NCBI GenBank assembly: GCA_030649895.1
Contig: JAUSEX010000030.1
Location: 592-64,591, forward strand
DNA length: 64,000 nucleotides
Reading direction: 5' to 3'
From: Candidatus Omnitrophota bacterium
GTDB taxonomy: Bacteria; Omnitrophota; Gorgyraeia; Gorgyraeales; Gorgyraeaceae
In this document: piece after piece, positions 28,313 to 38,346 of the stretch
How the letters are laid out: the number at the start of each line of letters is the position of its first letter
How positions within the stretch are numbered: position 1 is the stretch's first letter
Translations under genes and position numbers: made by a program
The notes under the pieces: generated by a model
Told to the model about the DNA's origin: nothing
The model's database searches: none
Seen by the model: only the letters and a program-made list of their open reading frames with translations

Positions 28313-29068
28313 TCACATATTTTGCCGCGAAGGACTTTTGTTTAATAAAGGCGTAAATAGATTAAAACAGGTCAAAGCGAAGAGCTCGGGCTCTTTAACG
28401 CCTGCGGCATATAAAATAAAGACCAGCGCGCCTACGCCTGATCCGAATATTATTTTCCCAAACCTTGTCAGGGGAGTAGTCATCGGCTCTATGAGCATTA
28501 TAAATATAAAGAAATAATTCAGGTAGCCTAATATGTCAAAGATTTGCGCATTTTGAATAATAGCCTGGCCTCCGAATAAAATAAAGGATGCGATAAAATA
28601 GCTTATAATAATCTCTAATTTTTTTATTTTAAAAGAAGAATAAACGCCGAAAGGGATAATAATATACCAGAGATATGCGCCTTTCCATTCCGTGGATAAG
28701 CCCAAAAGAAATACCGCCGCTAATATTCCGAATCCCGCAGGATTAAACACGTGCCTTGTTTTAAACCTTATAAGATGCTTGGAACTTATCGCTAATACAG
28801 AGGTCAGGGCTATTATCCACCAGGCATAGGAGCCGGCCATCACATAACTTACTATTAAACCTGTTATGATTGAGCTTTCCGTTAAAACAAATTCCTTTTC
28901 CTTTAAGTAAGTTACGATAGAGTCGACCAGCGCTGCAGCTATTACGCTGATACATATAGCTAATAAAAATCCTGCGTGTTTCTCCAAAAAAGTTATATAC
29001 ACAGAAAATAACAGCAGAAAAATTCCCAATTGAGCTTTTATTGACCTTGTATTCATTCCTTGCCCCAT
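28313..29068 (-). CDS. Integral membrane protein (7-8 TM helices) of unknown function
   Basis: Hydrophobicity pattern only. A possible Rnf/Nqr-like subunit, but no firm motif. Confidence 0.3.
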   Translation of the reverse strand: MGQGMNTRSIKAQLGIFLLLFSVYITFLEKHAGFLLAICISVIAAALVDSIVTYLKEKEFVLTESSIITGLIVSYVMAGSYAWWIIALTSVLAISSKHLIRFKTRHVFNPAGFGILAAVFLLGLSTEWKGAYLWYIIIPFGVYSSFKIKKLEIIISYFIASFILFGGQAIIQNAQIFDILGYLNYFFIFIMLIEPMTTPLTRFGKIIFGSGVGALVFILYAAGVKEPELFALTCFNLFTPLLNKSPSRQNM

Positions 29069-29102
29069 TCAGTCTCTACCCGTTTTCCGAACGGGCAGGT
29101 GT

Positions 29103-30008
29103 TCATTTCAGGCGACCCAGATACCTGAAAGCGCCCAAGGCTGCCTTTGCGCCATCTCCTGCAGCTATCACTATCTGCTTTTCAGGCACGCTCGTCACAT
29201 CGCCTGCGGCAAAAATCCCAGGGACATTGGTCTCATTTGCGCAATTAACCTCGATCTCCCCTCTTTCATTCTTATCCAAACCACTGGCGAACCAGGAATT
29301 CGGTATCATGCCTATCTCTATAAACACCCCTTCTACATCAAGAGCCTGTTTTTTACCCTGAGTATCTACGTTTATACTTTTAACAAACTTTTCTCCTGTT
29401 ATCGATTCTAATCTTGTATTATGCAGGATTTTAACCTTTGGATTATTTTTTAATTTTTCTTGCATGATAGGATCGCCTGTAAACGCGCCTGTTATATTTA
29501 CAAGATAAACCTTACTGGCTATATCCGTCATTTGTATTGCCGCATCGAGAGCGGAATTTCCTCCGCCAAAAACCGCAACATCCTTTTCGGCAAAAAGCGG
29601 GCCATCGCAGGTAACACAATAAGCGACGCCCTTATTTTTATATTCCTTTTCTCCCGGCGCGCCTATTTCTTTCGCCTTTTTACCTGCAGAGATTATCACT
29701 GTCTTTGCCTCGTAACTCGCTTTAGTAGTTTTGATATAAATTATATTGTCCTTTTTCTCCAGTTCCACAACCTCTTCATTTAGATTCAATTGAATCCCGT
29801 ATTTTTCCATATGCTCCTGGAATTTTGCCATAAGGTCCGGCCCTGTTATAAACTGATAACCCGGGTAATTTTCCACATCAGAACTCCATGCTGCTTGGCC
29901 TCCGATATCTTTGGTAATAACCAGGAACTTGATTCTCTTGCGGGCTGCGTATACGCTGGCAGTTATACCTGCGGGACCCGCCCCTATAATAATAAGGTCT
30001 AGGATCAT
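29103..30008 (-). CDS. trxB: Thioredoxin-disulfide reductase-like flavoprotein, copy 1
   Basis: FAD GxGxxG (IIGAGPAG), a redox CVTCDG (variant of CATCDG) and an NAD(P) GGGNSA motif. Confidence 0.7.
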   Translation of the reverse strand: MILDLIIIGAGPAGITASVYAARKRIKFLVITKDIGGQAAWSSDVENYPGYQFITGPDLMAKFQEHMEKYGIQLNLNEEVVELEKKDNIIYIKTTKASYEAKTVIISAGKKAKEIGAPGEKEYKNKGVAYCVTCDGPLFAEKDVAVFGGGNSALDAAIQMTDIASKVYLVNITGAFTGDPIMQEKLKNNPKVKILHNTRLESITGEKFVKSINVDTQGKKQALDVEGVFIEIGMIPNSWFASGLDKNERGEIEVNCANETNVPGIFAAGDVTSVPEKQIVIAAGDGAKAALGAFRYLGRLK

Positions 30009-30475
30009 CTTCGCGCCTTTCTTTTTATATGCCCTGGAATGAGGTCTACGATTTCGTTGATATCCACAACAATCAGGTATGCAGGCATTGGCAAAAACGC
30101 CTCAGGATGCGTTTCGTGGCCTTTCTCACCGTTTATGTTTTTTAATAAGCGGTGCGAAATCCTGGAAGTAATCTTATCTTCCCATAATCTCAATATGCTT
30201 TTACTAACCTTGTTTCTCTGCACGATCCTGGCTTTTCCTTTAAGGCAATACCCCTTAAACTTATGCTCGTCAACAGCAGTTATGCTTATATGCGGGTTGG
30301 CGTTGAGATTTTCATATGTCTTCGCCATGTAAAGATCCAAAAGATAGGCCTTGCCTGATTCATCGATCTGGACTATGCCTTTGCAGGAATTATGAGGATA
30401 TCCTTTCTTATCAATAGTGGATATCACTGTGTAGCGCTGATTATGAAAAAACTGAATTACATCAGGTTTTATCAT
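30005..30475 (-). CDS. Pyridoxamine 5'-phosphate oxidase-like FMN-binding protein
   Basis: Split-barrel flavin-binding fold signature. ATGA-coupled to trxB-like. Confidence 0.45.
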   Translation of the reverse strand: MIKPDVIQFFHNQRYTVISTIDKKGYPHNSCKGIVQIDESGKAYLLDLYMAKTYENLNANPHISITAVDEHKFKGYCLKGKARIVQRNKVSKSILRLWEDKITSRISHRLLKNINGEKGHETHPEAFLPMPAYLIVVDINEIVDLIPGHIKRKARR

Positions 30476-31299
30476 TTGATAATCTTCTTTTTATAAACTA
30501 TGCCGAGCGGTATCTTCGAATCGATATTATAATCCCATTCTTTTATCTTTTCCATGGCTTGAGCGTAATCTTCCGGGTCGTGGTCTTTTAGTTCATAGAC
30601 CCTTTTATTGTAGTAATCGTACATATTGAAAAACGTCACGCATACCTGCAAGATATCCACAAGGCTGAAACCTTCATACGCAATCGCCTCTTTAAATATT
30701 TTCTTAAGAAGCTCTATGCCGTGCGTATATCCCCTGGCGATAAAATTTGCGTGGCTTGCCATCATAAGTTCCAGCGGATTTATAGGAGATTCTGTGGTGC
30801 CTTTTGGCGTAGAGCGGCCTTTGAAGCCTAGCGGCGATGTGGGCGTATACTGGCCCGTGGTCAAACCGTACACTCGGTTATTGTGAATTACGATATTTAT
30901 ATCGATATTTCTTTTTGCCGCGAATATCAAATGTTCCAGCCCTTCCCCGTATGTGTCCCCGTCCCCTGCAAACCCTATTACCTTGAGTTCCGGGTTCGCG
31001 AGTTTTATCGCCTCGCAAACAGGCACCACCCTGCCGTGCAAAGAGTAAAAACTGTTCACGTTCAGATAGTCTGCTATTTTAGCGTGACAGCCTATACCTG
31101 AAACAATCACTATCTTTTCCCGCGGAAAACCTTCTTCTATTATTACACCAAGCACTGCCTTAATGGCGTTTAATATCGCGAAATTCCCGCATCCCAGGCA
31201 CCATGTATTCTTTGCATTCGTAGTTAAGCTATTCGACACTGTCATTTTTCTAGTTGTTACTTTAATTACACTTCGTAAATGTAAGCGGAACTTTGCCAC
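30472..31299 (-). CDS. korB: 2-oxoacid:ferredoxin oxidoreductase beta (TPP-binding) subunit
   Basis: CLGCGNFAI… and the GDG TPP-binding loop (GFAGDGDTYGEG). Confidence 0.8.
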   Translation of the reverse strand: MAKFRLHLRSVIKVTTRKMTVSNSLTTNAKNTWCLGCGNFAILNAIKAVLGVIIEEGFPREKIVIVSGIGCHAKIADYLNVNSFYSLHGRVVPVCEAIKLANPELKVIGFAGDGDTYGEGLEHLIFAAKRNIDINIVIHNNRVYGLTTGQYTPTSPLGFKGRSTPKGTTESPINPLELMMASHANFIARGYTHGIELLKKIFKEAIAYEGFSLVDILQVCVTFFNMYDYYNKRVYELKDHDPEDYAQAMEKIKEWDYNIDSKIPLGIVYKKKIIK

Positions 31300-31320
31300 G
31301 TTTACACTTACGAAGCGTTT
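31262..31320. repeat. Intercistronic hairpin/repeat sharing the CACTTACGAAGCG core with the 20135-20175 element
   Basis: acacttcgtaa…tacacttacgaagcg lies between the korA stop and korB start. Confidence 0.45.
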
Positions 31321-32968
31321 ATCTTGCTTTTATCTTTTGCTCCAGTTCGGCAGGCGTAAAAGGCCGGCCATCGTATTTCAACACCCTGTCATCTACGTCT
31401 ATTCCGTGAAATTTAACAAAATCAGCCAATTGGCCCGCAGCGTTGTTCTCAACGCATATTATTTTTTTAACGCCCTTGATAGCTTCCTTGAACTGTTTTA
31501 AAAGAAACGGGGAAAATACCGTTGGCTGCACCACTCTTAACCCAAGCTTATCGCCTACCTCTACGCATACGCCCTTATTCGAACCCCAGCATAAAATAGC
31601 CGTAGAGGCGTCTTTTTTAGCGTAAACCTTCACGGTCTCATACTGCTCCAGCTCTTCAAGCAGATACTTTGCCTTCCGGAGCCTTTTGTCCTGCATTGCC
31701 GTTGTTAAATCTTTATCCTCTGTTGTAATACCAGCCTCGTCATGTTCATAACTGTTAACTTTTACTACAGCGCCTTTTTCGGAGGGAAATGCAAGAGGCG
31801 AAATCCCGTTTTTAACATTTTCATATCTTTTATATTCACCCGATTTACTCCACAATAAAGGTTCAGGCCCATTTATCTCGCCTGCCAGGCCTATATCAAA
31901 ACTATAAGCCCCTTCATTCAAAGTTTTATCGCATAAGATAATCGCCGGTATCTGATATTTCCACGCTAAATTCATGGATAAAGCTGACCAATAATACACC
32001 TCTTCCGCGTCTCCTGGCGCAACCACAAAGCGCGTAAATTCTCCCTGCCCTGCGCTCAAAGCAAAATTCAACTCTGTCTGGCCTGTATAGGTAGGGAGGC
32101 CTGTGCTTGGGCCTGGCCGCTGCCCCAGCAAAACCACTACAGGCAGCTCCGCCATCCCGCTGAAACTTAAACCCTCCGTCATCAGGCAAAATCCACCGCC
32201 GGATGACCCAACAGCAACTCTCGTGCCTGCGTACGAAAAACCCATTGCCATCAACATTACAGCTATTTCATTTTCCGGATGAATTATATTTAATGAAAAT
32301 TCTTCGCTAACAGCCGCCAGGTAATGCAGAACTCCGGATACAGGCGTCATAGGATAAGCTATGTACGTCTTCATCCCGCCTTTAATAAAACCCTTGCCTA
32401 TCGCCTCGTTCCCTGTAACAACAGGCAATATTCTTTGATCCAATTTTTCTATTTTAATGACCTCTTCCAGCCTGTCAAACCCCAGAAATGCCACTTTTAG
32501 ATTCAAATCCAGCTCTCTCGTAATGTTTTCTCTAAAAATCTTTTCCAGAATACCCTTTTCTACACCTATAGACTTGCACATCGCGCCTATAATGCAGGAA
32601 TTGCGCATCAGGTCTATCGCTTTTACCTCTTTGATTATTTCGCCTATGGGAATTCCAAATCCTAAATCTGATTTGACAGCACCAGAATCGTAAATAATGA
32701 TGGCTTTGGCGCTTAATCTGGACTTATGCAAATCTATACTATCCTGATTTAACGCGAGAAGGACATCTACAATATTTTCGTGAGCGGCTATTTTATTCTT
32801 GGCGCACCTTATTATTGAAAAGGTATGGCCACCTCTTATTACAGAAGGGTAATCGCGGTAAATATAAATTCGGTATCCAAGTTGGGCAAGGATTTCTCCG
32901 ATAATCAAGCTTGACTTATCGACACCATCCCCTGCCTTCCCAGCAATAAGTATTGAAAAGTCTTTCAT
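31319..32968 (-). CDS. korA: 2-oxoacid:ferredoxin oxidoreductase, fused gamma-alpha subunit
   Basis: N-terminal gamma-like domain (ILIAGKAGDGV…) followed by the alpha subunit with transketolase-like Pyr domains. Confidence 0.75.
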   Translation of the reverse strand: MKDFSILIAGKAGDGVDKSSLIIGEILAQLGYRIYIYRDYPSVIRGGHTFSIIRCAKNKIAAHENIVDVLLALNQDSIDLHKSRLSAKAIIIYDSGAVKSDLGFGIPIGEIIKEVKAIDLMRNSCIIGAMCKSIGVEKGILEKIFRENITRELDLNLKVAFLGFDRLEEVIKIEKLDQRILPVVTGNEAIGKGFIKGGMKTYIAYPMTPVSGVLHYLAAVSEEFSLNIIHPENEIAVMLMAMGFSYAGTRVAVGSSGGGFCLMTEGLSFSGMAELPVVVLLGQRPGPSTGLPTYTGQTELNFALSAGQGEFTRFVVAPGDAEEVYYWSALSMNLAWKYQIPAIILCDKTLNEGAYSFDIGLAGEINGPEPLLWSKSGEYKRYENVKNGISPLAFPSEKGAVVKVNSYEHDEAGITTEDKDLTTAMQDKRLRKAKYLLEELEQYETVKVYAKKDASTAILCWGSNKGVCVEVGDKLGLRVVQPTVFSPFLLKQFKEAIKGVKKIICVENNAAGQLADFVKFHGIDVDDRVLKYDGRPFTPAELEQKIKAR

Positions 32969-32983
32969 AAATTAGGTTATCGC

Positions 32984-33379
32984 TTATTCTGCTGTTAAGT
33001 CTTTAGAACTTTGCCATAAGCCATGTATGCTGCAATAAGAAGACGCTAAAATTACTCCTGATTTTTCTGTTTTGAACCTAAGGCCTGCTTCCGGGGCAGT
33101 ATAAACAGTGCTAGTATCTACGCCCTGGCCTGACTCTCCGTGTGACGTGAACTCAAACCTCCCTACCTGATATGGAAATTTTTCTCCTAGCGGAAGAAAA
33201 TAGATCTCTATCCAGCGGATATGATGGGCCGTAGTATTCGGATGCGCGATCTCTTTTCCGACGCTTGCTTTAATACTAACAGCTTCGCCTTTTTTTATCT
33301 TTTCAGGCGACTCAATCACAGGTACGTGTTTTTCCTTTTTCCAGTCAGCGCTTTGCAATAAATCCTTTAACTCCGCCAT
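32984..33379 (-). CDS. sor: Superoxide reductase (1Fe-SOR / neelaredoxin type)
   Basis: EKHVPVI, HPNTTAHHIRWIE and CSIHGLW iron-ligand motifs. Confidence 0.8.
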   Translation of the reverse strand: MAELKDLLQSADWKKEKHVPVIESPEKIKKGEAVSIKASVGKEIAHPNTTAHHIRWIEIYFLPLGEKFPYQVGRFEFTSHGESGQGVDTSTVYTAPEAGLRFKTEKSGVILASSYCSIHGLWQSSKDLTAE

Positions 33380-33398
33380 AAGTGCCCCCTACATTAAA

Positions 33399-33536
33399 TT
33401 ATAATTCTTCAAACTGATCTTTGCCTACTCCGCATTCCGGACATACCCAATCTTCCGGTAAATCCTTAAACGTTACGTTACTGTTGTCCACTGGATCATA
33501 AATATAGCCGCACACAATGCACCTATACTTTTTCAT
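33399..33536 (-). CDS. rub: Rubredoxin (45 aa), missed by the 60-aa ORF cutoff
   Basis: [15 protein letters not shown]…[17 protein letters not shown], with a GGAGG Shine-Dalgarno 7 nt upstream. Confidence 0.85.
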   Translation of the reverse strand: MKKYRCIVCGYIYDPVDNSNVTFKDLPEDWVCPECGVGKDQFEEL

Positions 33537-33548
33537 CTTCACCTCCTT

Positions 33549-34064
33549 CTATCCCACAACAGCCTTTAATGCTTCTAGCGCCCGTTCGTAATCAGGCGGA
33601 GACGATAGTTCCGGCACAATCTGAACATATCTGATAACATCTGCCTTATCCAGTATGAATATAGCCCTCGCCAGAAGCCTCATCTCTTTTATCAATACCC
33701 CGAACTTTTGGCCGAAATCAGCGTCTCTATGATCTGACAATGTTTTTACCGCCTTTATCTCATTTGCCTGACAGAATCTTTTCTGCGCAAAAGGCAGGTC
33801 CATTGAAATAAATATGATCACCAGGTCTCTGGAAAGCTTTGCAGCCTCGTCGTTAAACCTTTTTATCTCCAGGTCGCATACAGGGGTGTCCAGAGACGGT
33901 ACGGAAGCTATCAGTTTTATCTTATTCTTGAAACTTGAAAGGGTTATTTCTTCCAGGCTGGTATTCAGCGCCTTAAAATCCTGCGCCTTCTGGCCTGCCT
34001 TTGCTTCCTCTCCTGACAACGTTACCGCGCTCCCCTTTACCGTTACCACGTTTTTTCTGTCCAT
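33549..34064 (-). CDS. tpx: Thiol peroxidase (atypical 2-Cys peroxiredoxin Tpx)
   Basis: SVPSLDTPVC peroxidatic Cys motif. About 171 aa. Confidence 0.8.
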   Translation of the reverse strand: MDRKNVVTVKGSAVTLSGEEAKAGQKAQDFKALNTSLEEITLSSFKNKIKLIASVPSLDTPVCDLEIKRFNDEAAKLSRDLVIIFISMDLPFAQKRFCQANEIKAVKTLSDHRDADFGQKFGVLIKEMRLLARAIFILDKADVIRYVQIVPELSSPPDYERALEALKAVVG

Positions 34065-34177
34065 ATCAACCCTCCGAAATAATAAGCGCTGTAATAATAT
34101 AGTTATATGATACCATTTTAGTATCTTAAAAGCAACATTAAATTTGACTAAAGTATTACAAATTTAGCCAAAAAAAT

Positions 34178-34207
34178 AAGGCCCGGATCTTTACGATACC
34201 GGGCCTT
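34178..34207 (-). terminator. Rho-independent terminator of csp (aaggcccgg…ccgggcctt plus a T-run on the minus strand)
   Basis: 9-bp GC stem followed by TTTTTTT in gene orientation. Confidence 0.7.
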
Positions 34208-34232
34208 ACTGGCTAACTAATTTTCCGTTGGG

Positions 34233-34433
34233 TTATACCTTTGTTACGTTGACAGCCTGTTCGCCCTTAGGACCATTCTGTATGTCAAATTCCACTTCCT
34301 GGCCTTCTTCTAAAGACTTATAGCCTTCTCCCTGTATAACGCTGTGATGTACGAATACATCCTTACCGTTCTCAGGCGTAATAAATCCATAACCTTTCTG
34401 GTTATTGAACCACTTTACTTTTCCTCTCGCCAT
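34233..34433 (-). CDS. csp: Cold-shock protein (CspA family)
   Basis: [14 protein letters not shown] (RNP1) and VFVHH (RNP2). A long structured 5' UTR of about 160 nt lies upstream. Confidence 0.9.
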   Translation of the reverse strand: MARGKVKWFNNQKGYGFITPENGKDVFVHHSVIQGEGYKSLEEGQEVEFDIQNGPKGEQAVNVTKV

Positions 34434-34596
34434 TACTCACTACCCCCTTTCTTTAAGATTATAGCAAATAATGGCAGAAACGAAAACGCCGCAAGGTTAG
34501 TACTCGTTACCTTACGGCTCCTGACATCTAATCCCTTATTTACTACTACTTTACTGATTGTAGTTAGTATAGCACTTTTCCTATATTTGTCAATAA

Positions 34597-35862
34597 CTAT
34601 TTTAACGGCTTCTTTTGAACAGCTGCCTCTATGATCTCCAGGTCCTTTTTGATCCCAGGCTCATCAGGCTCCAATTCCATTGCCTTCTGAATATATTGAT
34701 AAGCTTCTTTGAACTTCTTTGACTTATACAAAAGCTCTGCCTTTGTACTGAGAATAAGGCCGTTATCCGGGTTCAGCGCAATAGCCTTATCGATTATCCT
34801 TAACCCTTCCTTGATATTTTTCCCGGTTTCAAAATACGAATAAGCCTTGTTATTGTAGGCTGCGGCCAGGAGCTCTGCGGCGTATCTGTCGTTAACGCCT
34901 CGATCAAATGCGTATTCAAGCCTTTCTATCCCTTTATCGCATTCCTCCATAACTAAAAATATATTGCCTGCGCAATAAGCCAATTTTGAATTCCCTGGAT
35001 CTACTTTATACGCCTTATTAACCCAATCCATGGCATCTTTGAAATACGCTTTCTTATTGACCTTTAACCCAAGATGCATATAGGTATTGGCTATAGATAT
35101 ATAAGTAGGGATATAATCAGGTTTTAACTCCCGGGCTTTATTAAAAGATTCCATTATCACAGGCAAATTCTTTTCCATATCACCGTAAGAAAAATCCCTT
35201 ATAATTGTTCCAAATACCCTGTGAGCCATATAGCTGTCAGGATTGGCTTTTACAGCCTCCTTAAAAAGCTCTTTTACCTTATTTATATTATTAAGTTTAC
35301 TAGCGCAGGATATGTAAGCATCATAATAAAAATCAGCCTCTTCATCCAGTTTACTCAACATCTTGAACTCCACTCCAGCTTTTTTATACTGGCCTTTCAG
35401 AATATAATAGTTCAATAAATGCAAACGGCTGGTGATATTTTTAGGATTAAACTTGAGCGATTTGATGGCCGGTTTTCGGATATAATCCGCTTTTCCCAGG
35501 TTAAGGTATTCTCTTGCGAGATTCCCGTAAACCATATCCCATTCGCTTCTTTCAGGGGTATATTTTATTTCTGATTCCAGGGCTTCCAGCGCCTTTTCGT
35601 AGTCTCCCGTATAATCATAAAAAAAAGCAAGCATTGCGTAATTAATGTTATTTCTAGGATTTTTTTTAACCTCTTCCTGAACTTTATCAGCCGCTTTATG
35701 CGCTTCCTCAGGCAATGCTTGTCCGGACAAAAATTTTTCTAAGCTGGCTATTTTAATGACAGAATCGTCTGCTAAAGCCGGGACACCTATGCAGGCTAGT
35801 AAATGCGCAGCGAAGAGCACGGCTATCGCAAAAATAATTTTATTCGTTTTAATTATACCCAT
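34597..35862 (-). CDS. Secreted TPR-repeat protein
   Basis: Signal peptide plus multiple 34-aa TPR-like repeats (W-LG-Y / A-F-A-P patterns). Confidence 0.6.
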   Translation of the reverse strand: MGIIKTNKIIFAIAVLFAAHLLACIGVPALADDSVIKIASLEKFLSGQALPEEAHKAADKVQEEVKKNPRNNINYAMLAFFYDYTGDYEKALEALESEIKYTPERSEWDMVYGNLAREYLNLGKADYIRKPAIKSLKFNPKNITSRLHLLNYYILKGQYKKAGVEFKMLSKLDEEADFYYDAYISCASKLNNINKVKELFKEAVKANPDSYMAHRVFGTIIRDFSYGDMEKNLPVIMESFNKARELKPDYIPTYISIANTYMHLGLKVNKKAYFKDAMDWVNKAYKVDPGNSKLAYCAGNIFLVMEECDKGIERLEYAFDRGVNDRYAAELLAAAYNNKAYSYFETGKNIKEGLRIIDKAIALNPDNGLILSTKAELLYKSKKFKEAYQYIQKAMELEPDEPGIKKDLEIIEAAVQKKPLK

Positions 35863-35980
35863 AAATTGTCGCGTAAACTATATCGCATTCCGCACGATTC
35901 CTGTATCCCTTTTGCGCTCGCTATCCTCATAATTAATAATATTAAAATGCATTAACTTTACTACTTATTGGAATGAAATT

Positions 35981-36202
35981 TTAATCTCTCCAGAAATATA
36001 ACGCTGCAGTTAAAACAATGCCAATAAGATAAACAGCTATCGTTCCTGATAAGAAATAAGGATACGCCATTAAGGCGATACCTATAATCATGGACCGCCA
36101 CGCTGCATTCTTCTTGCCATAAATAAAAGCCACAAATCCAATCGCACCGAAAATAGCACAAGCAGTTATATTAGCTATATTGTAATCTTCGGCTTTAAAC
36201 AT
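35981..36202 (-). CDS. Small 2-TM membrane protein
   Basis: Hydrophobicity only. Confidence 0.3.
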   Translation of the reverse strand: MFKAEDYNIANITACAIFGAIGFVAFIYGKKNAAWRSMIIGIALMAYPYFLSGTIAVYLIGIVLTAALYFWRD

Positions 36203-36219
36203 AGAGAATCCTATACCAA

Positions 36220-36678
36220 TTAAGAGTGTTTTTTCCGCCGGGCGTGAAATGGTTTTTTCTTTCTACTCTGGGTAAACTCCCTTTCTTCCGGCCTGTTGTC
36301 GTATTTTACTTTAAACGAACCACCTTCTTCCTTGCGTTTCGAGAAACACTCCTTACAGTATACCGGGCGGCCCGCGCTGGGTTTGAAAGGCACTTCGCAT
36401 TCTTGTTTGCAGTCTGCGCAAACCACCTGAGTAAATGTCCTTTCCCTGAAACTGTTGTCCTGCCTTCCGCTGTCATTACGGCGAGAGTTGTCAAAACGCT
36501 GAAAAGGTTTTGAGAAGTGCTTTTCTTCGGAAGGCCTCTCCGAAGACCTGCCAATCAGGATATCTATCTTCTTCTCCAGATTAGCCAGCTGCTCCTGCAT
36601 TTTTCCTGCTAAATCCGCTAGACCCGGCTCAACCTGCGCCGGGGATGAAGAACCTTTGCGTTTAAAAGTTTTTTTCAT
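36220..36678 (-). CDS. Basic, low-complexity protein with a C-terminal CxxC…CxxC zinc ribbon
   Basis: CADCKQECE…CKECF. N-terminal coiled segment. Lys/Arg-rich tails. Confidence 0.35.
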   Translation of the reverse strand: MKKTFKRKGSSSPAQVEPGLADLAGKMQEQLANLEKKIDILIGRSSERPSEEKHFSKPFQRFDNSRRNDSGRQDNSFRERTFTQVVCADCKQECEVPFKPSAGRPVYCKECFSKRKEEGGSFKVKYDNRPEEREFTQSRKKKPFHARRKKHS

Positions 36679-36699
36679 ATTACTCCTTTTTTGTCCAGT

Positions 36700-37968
36700 T
36701 TATTTCCATACAAACCAGATAAACAGGTACGCTACGGTTACAGCTACGATTGTAAACGGCAGCCCTATCTTTACAAAATCTTTAAATCTGACTTCGTAAC
36801 CTTCTTTTTTTAATAACCCGCATGCGACAATATTCGCAGACGCGCCTATGGGAGTGATATTGCCGCCTAAGCTGGCCCCTATAAGGAGGCCGAATAAAAA
36901 TAAAAAAGGGTGTATATTAAGCTGGGTTGCCATGGAAACAGCAACCGGAAGCATGGCTGCTAAAAAAGGCACGTTATCTATAAATGCCGAAAGGAACATG
37001 GCCATAAAAACTAACAAGGTATACCCCAAAAATATATTGGTGCCCACAAGCCCTGAAAGAAAATTAGAAATTATTCCGATCCAGCCGGTTAATGTTATGC
37101 CGCCCACTAGGATAAACACCGCCATGAGGAAAAATGTCGTATCCCAATCCAGAGATTTTATGCCTTCTACAGCTGAGCCCTTGTTTATTAATTTTTCCCA
37201 GGCTATAGAAATAACGCCGAATACCACGCAGATTATCCCTGCCATGTATGAAAAACCTGTATCAAAAAAAGAAGACAACGCCAATAAAAGAATAAGGCTT
37301 ACCAAAAGGATTGTAGGCACCCAAGATTTTACCTTTTCAACAGGCGCTATTTCCACTTTTTCTTTGTGGCCCCTGAATATATAATATAAAATAAAAAACG
37401 AAGCAATGGCCGCTAACTCAACGGCAAAAAATATGCTGGGCCTGCCTTTATAGAAGAAAAAATCCATAAAGCTCATCTTCGCAAAACCGCCCAGAAGCAT
37501 GCTGGGTGGATCTCCTATCAATGTAGCTGTGCCCTGCAGGTTGCTTGAGATAGCTATGGCTATCATCATATTCATAGGGTTTATCTTTATTTTTTTTGCC
37601 AGCGCTATAGCAATGGGCGCAACTATCAAAACAGTGGCTACGTTTTCCACGAATGCCGATATAAACCCGGTCATGGCGCATATTAATAATATCGACCAGG
37701 CAGTATTTTTCGCCTTATCTACTATTATCTCCGCAATATACGCGGGTACCCTGCTTTCCATAAAGATGTCGGCAACCACCAGCGTTCCTACAAATATTCC
37801 CATTACGTTCCAGTTTATCGCGTAAAAAGCCTGCTTCAGAGAAATCGACTGCAAGACAATAAGCAATACAGCTCCAAGAACAGCTATAACAGTCCTCTTC
37901 TTAGGCAAAAATATAAAAAGCATGTAACAGGCAATAAATATCAATAAAGCTATTATCTTACTAGGCAC
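36700..37968 (-). CDS. ArsB/NhaD-superfamily anion permease (citrate-transporter-like)
   Basis: About 12 TM helices in two repeated halves. No specific substrate motif recognised. Confidence 0.5.
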   Translation of the reverse strand: MPSKIIALLIFIACYMLFIFLPKKRTVIAVLGAVLLIVLQSISLKQAFYAINWNVMGIFVGTLVVADIFMESRVPAYIAEIIVDKAKNTAWSILLICAMTGFISAFVENVATVLIVAPIAIALAKKIKINPMNMMIAIAISSNLQGTATLIGDPPSMLLGGFAKMSFMDFFFYKGRPSIFFAVELAAIASFFILYYIFRGHKEKVEIAPVEKVKSWVPTILLVSLILLLALSSFFDTGFSYMAGIICVVFGVISIAWEKLINKGSAVEGIKSLDWDTTFFLMAVFILVGGITLTGWIGIISNFLSGLVGTNIFLGYTLLVFMAMFLSAFIDNVPFLAAMLPVAVSMATQLNIHPFLFLFGLLIGASLGGNITPIGASANIVACGLLKKEGYEVRFKDFVKIGLPFTIVAVTVAYLFIWFVWK

Positions 37969-37976
37969 ATTACCCC

Positions 37977-38330
37977 CTATTTCTTCTCACCTTTATCCGT
38001 AAGACATTTTTTGCTGCGCACAGGGCAATTCTTTTTCATCTCTTCCATCGCATTCTTCATCGCTTCCATGTCTATCTTCACTTCGGTTTCCTTTACAATA
38101 TTCAATTGCGCGTCATATTTTATGAGCCTGCTGCCTATCATCAACACTACCCCGCCATCCTGGGTCGCCAGGAGTTTTTTGTCGTTCATCATCTTCACCA
38201 TATGGCACATCGGACAATTCATGTCATCTTTTTTATCCGATTTTCTCTCTCCCGTATCTCTGGCAAAAGATACGGATAAAAAAGATATACAGACTACTGC
38301 CGCGAGAAGCATAAAAAATATTTTCTTCAT
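37977..38330 (-). CDS. Secreted Cys/Met-rich small protein, a possible metal-binding partner of the ZIP transporter
   Basis: Signal peptide MKKIFFMLLAAVVCISF, with CPMCHMVKMM and CPVRSKKC motifs. Confidence 0.35.
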   Translation of the reverse strand: MKKIFFMLLAAVVCISFLSVSFARDTGERKSDKKDDMNCPMCHMVKMMNDKKLLATQDGGVVLMIGSRLIKYDAQLNIVKETEVKIDMEAMKNAMEEMKKNCPVRSKKCLTDKGEKK

Positions 38331-38346
38331 CCTGCACCCCTTTCTT

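Noticed and set aside
36848-37384. 178-aa plus-strand ORF inside the ArsB/NhaD permease gene
   Set aside because: Antisense shadow ORF. The sense gene has a coherent 12-TM topology.
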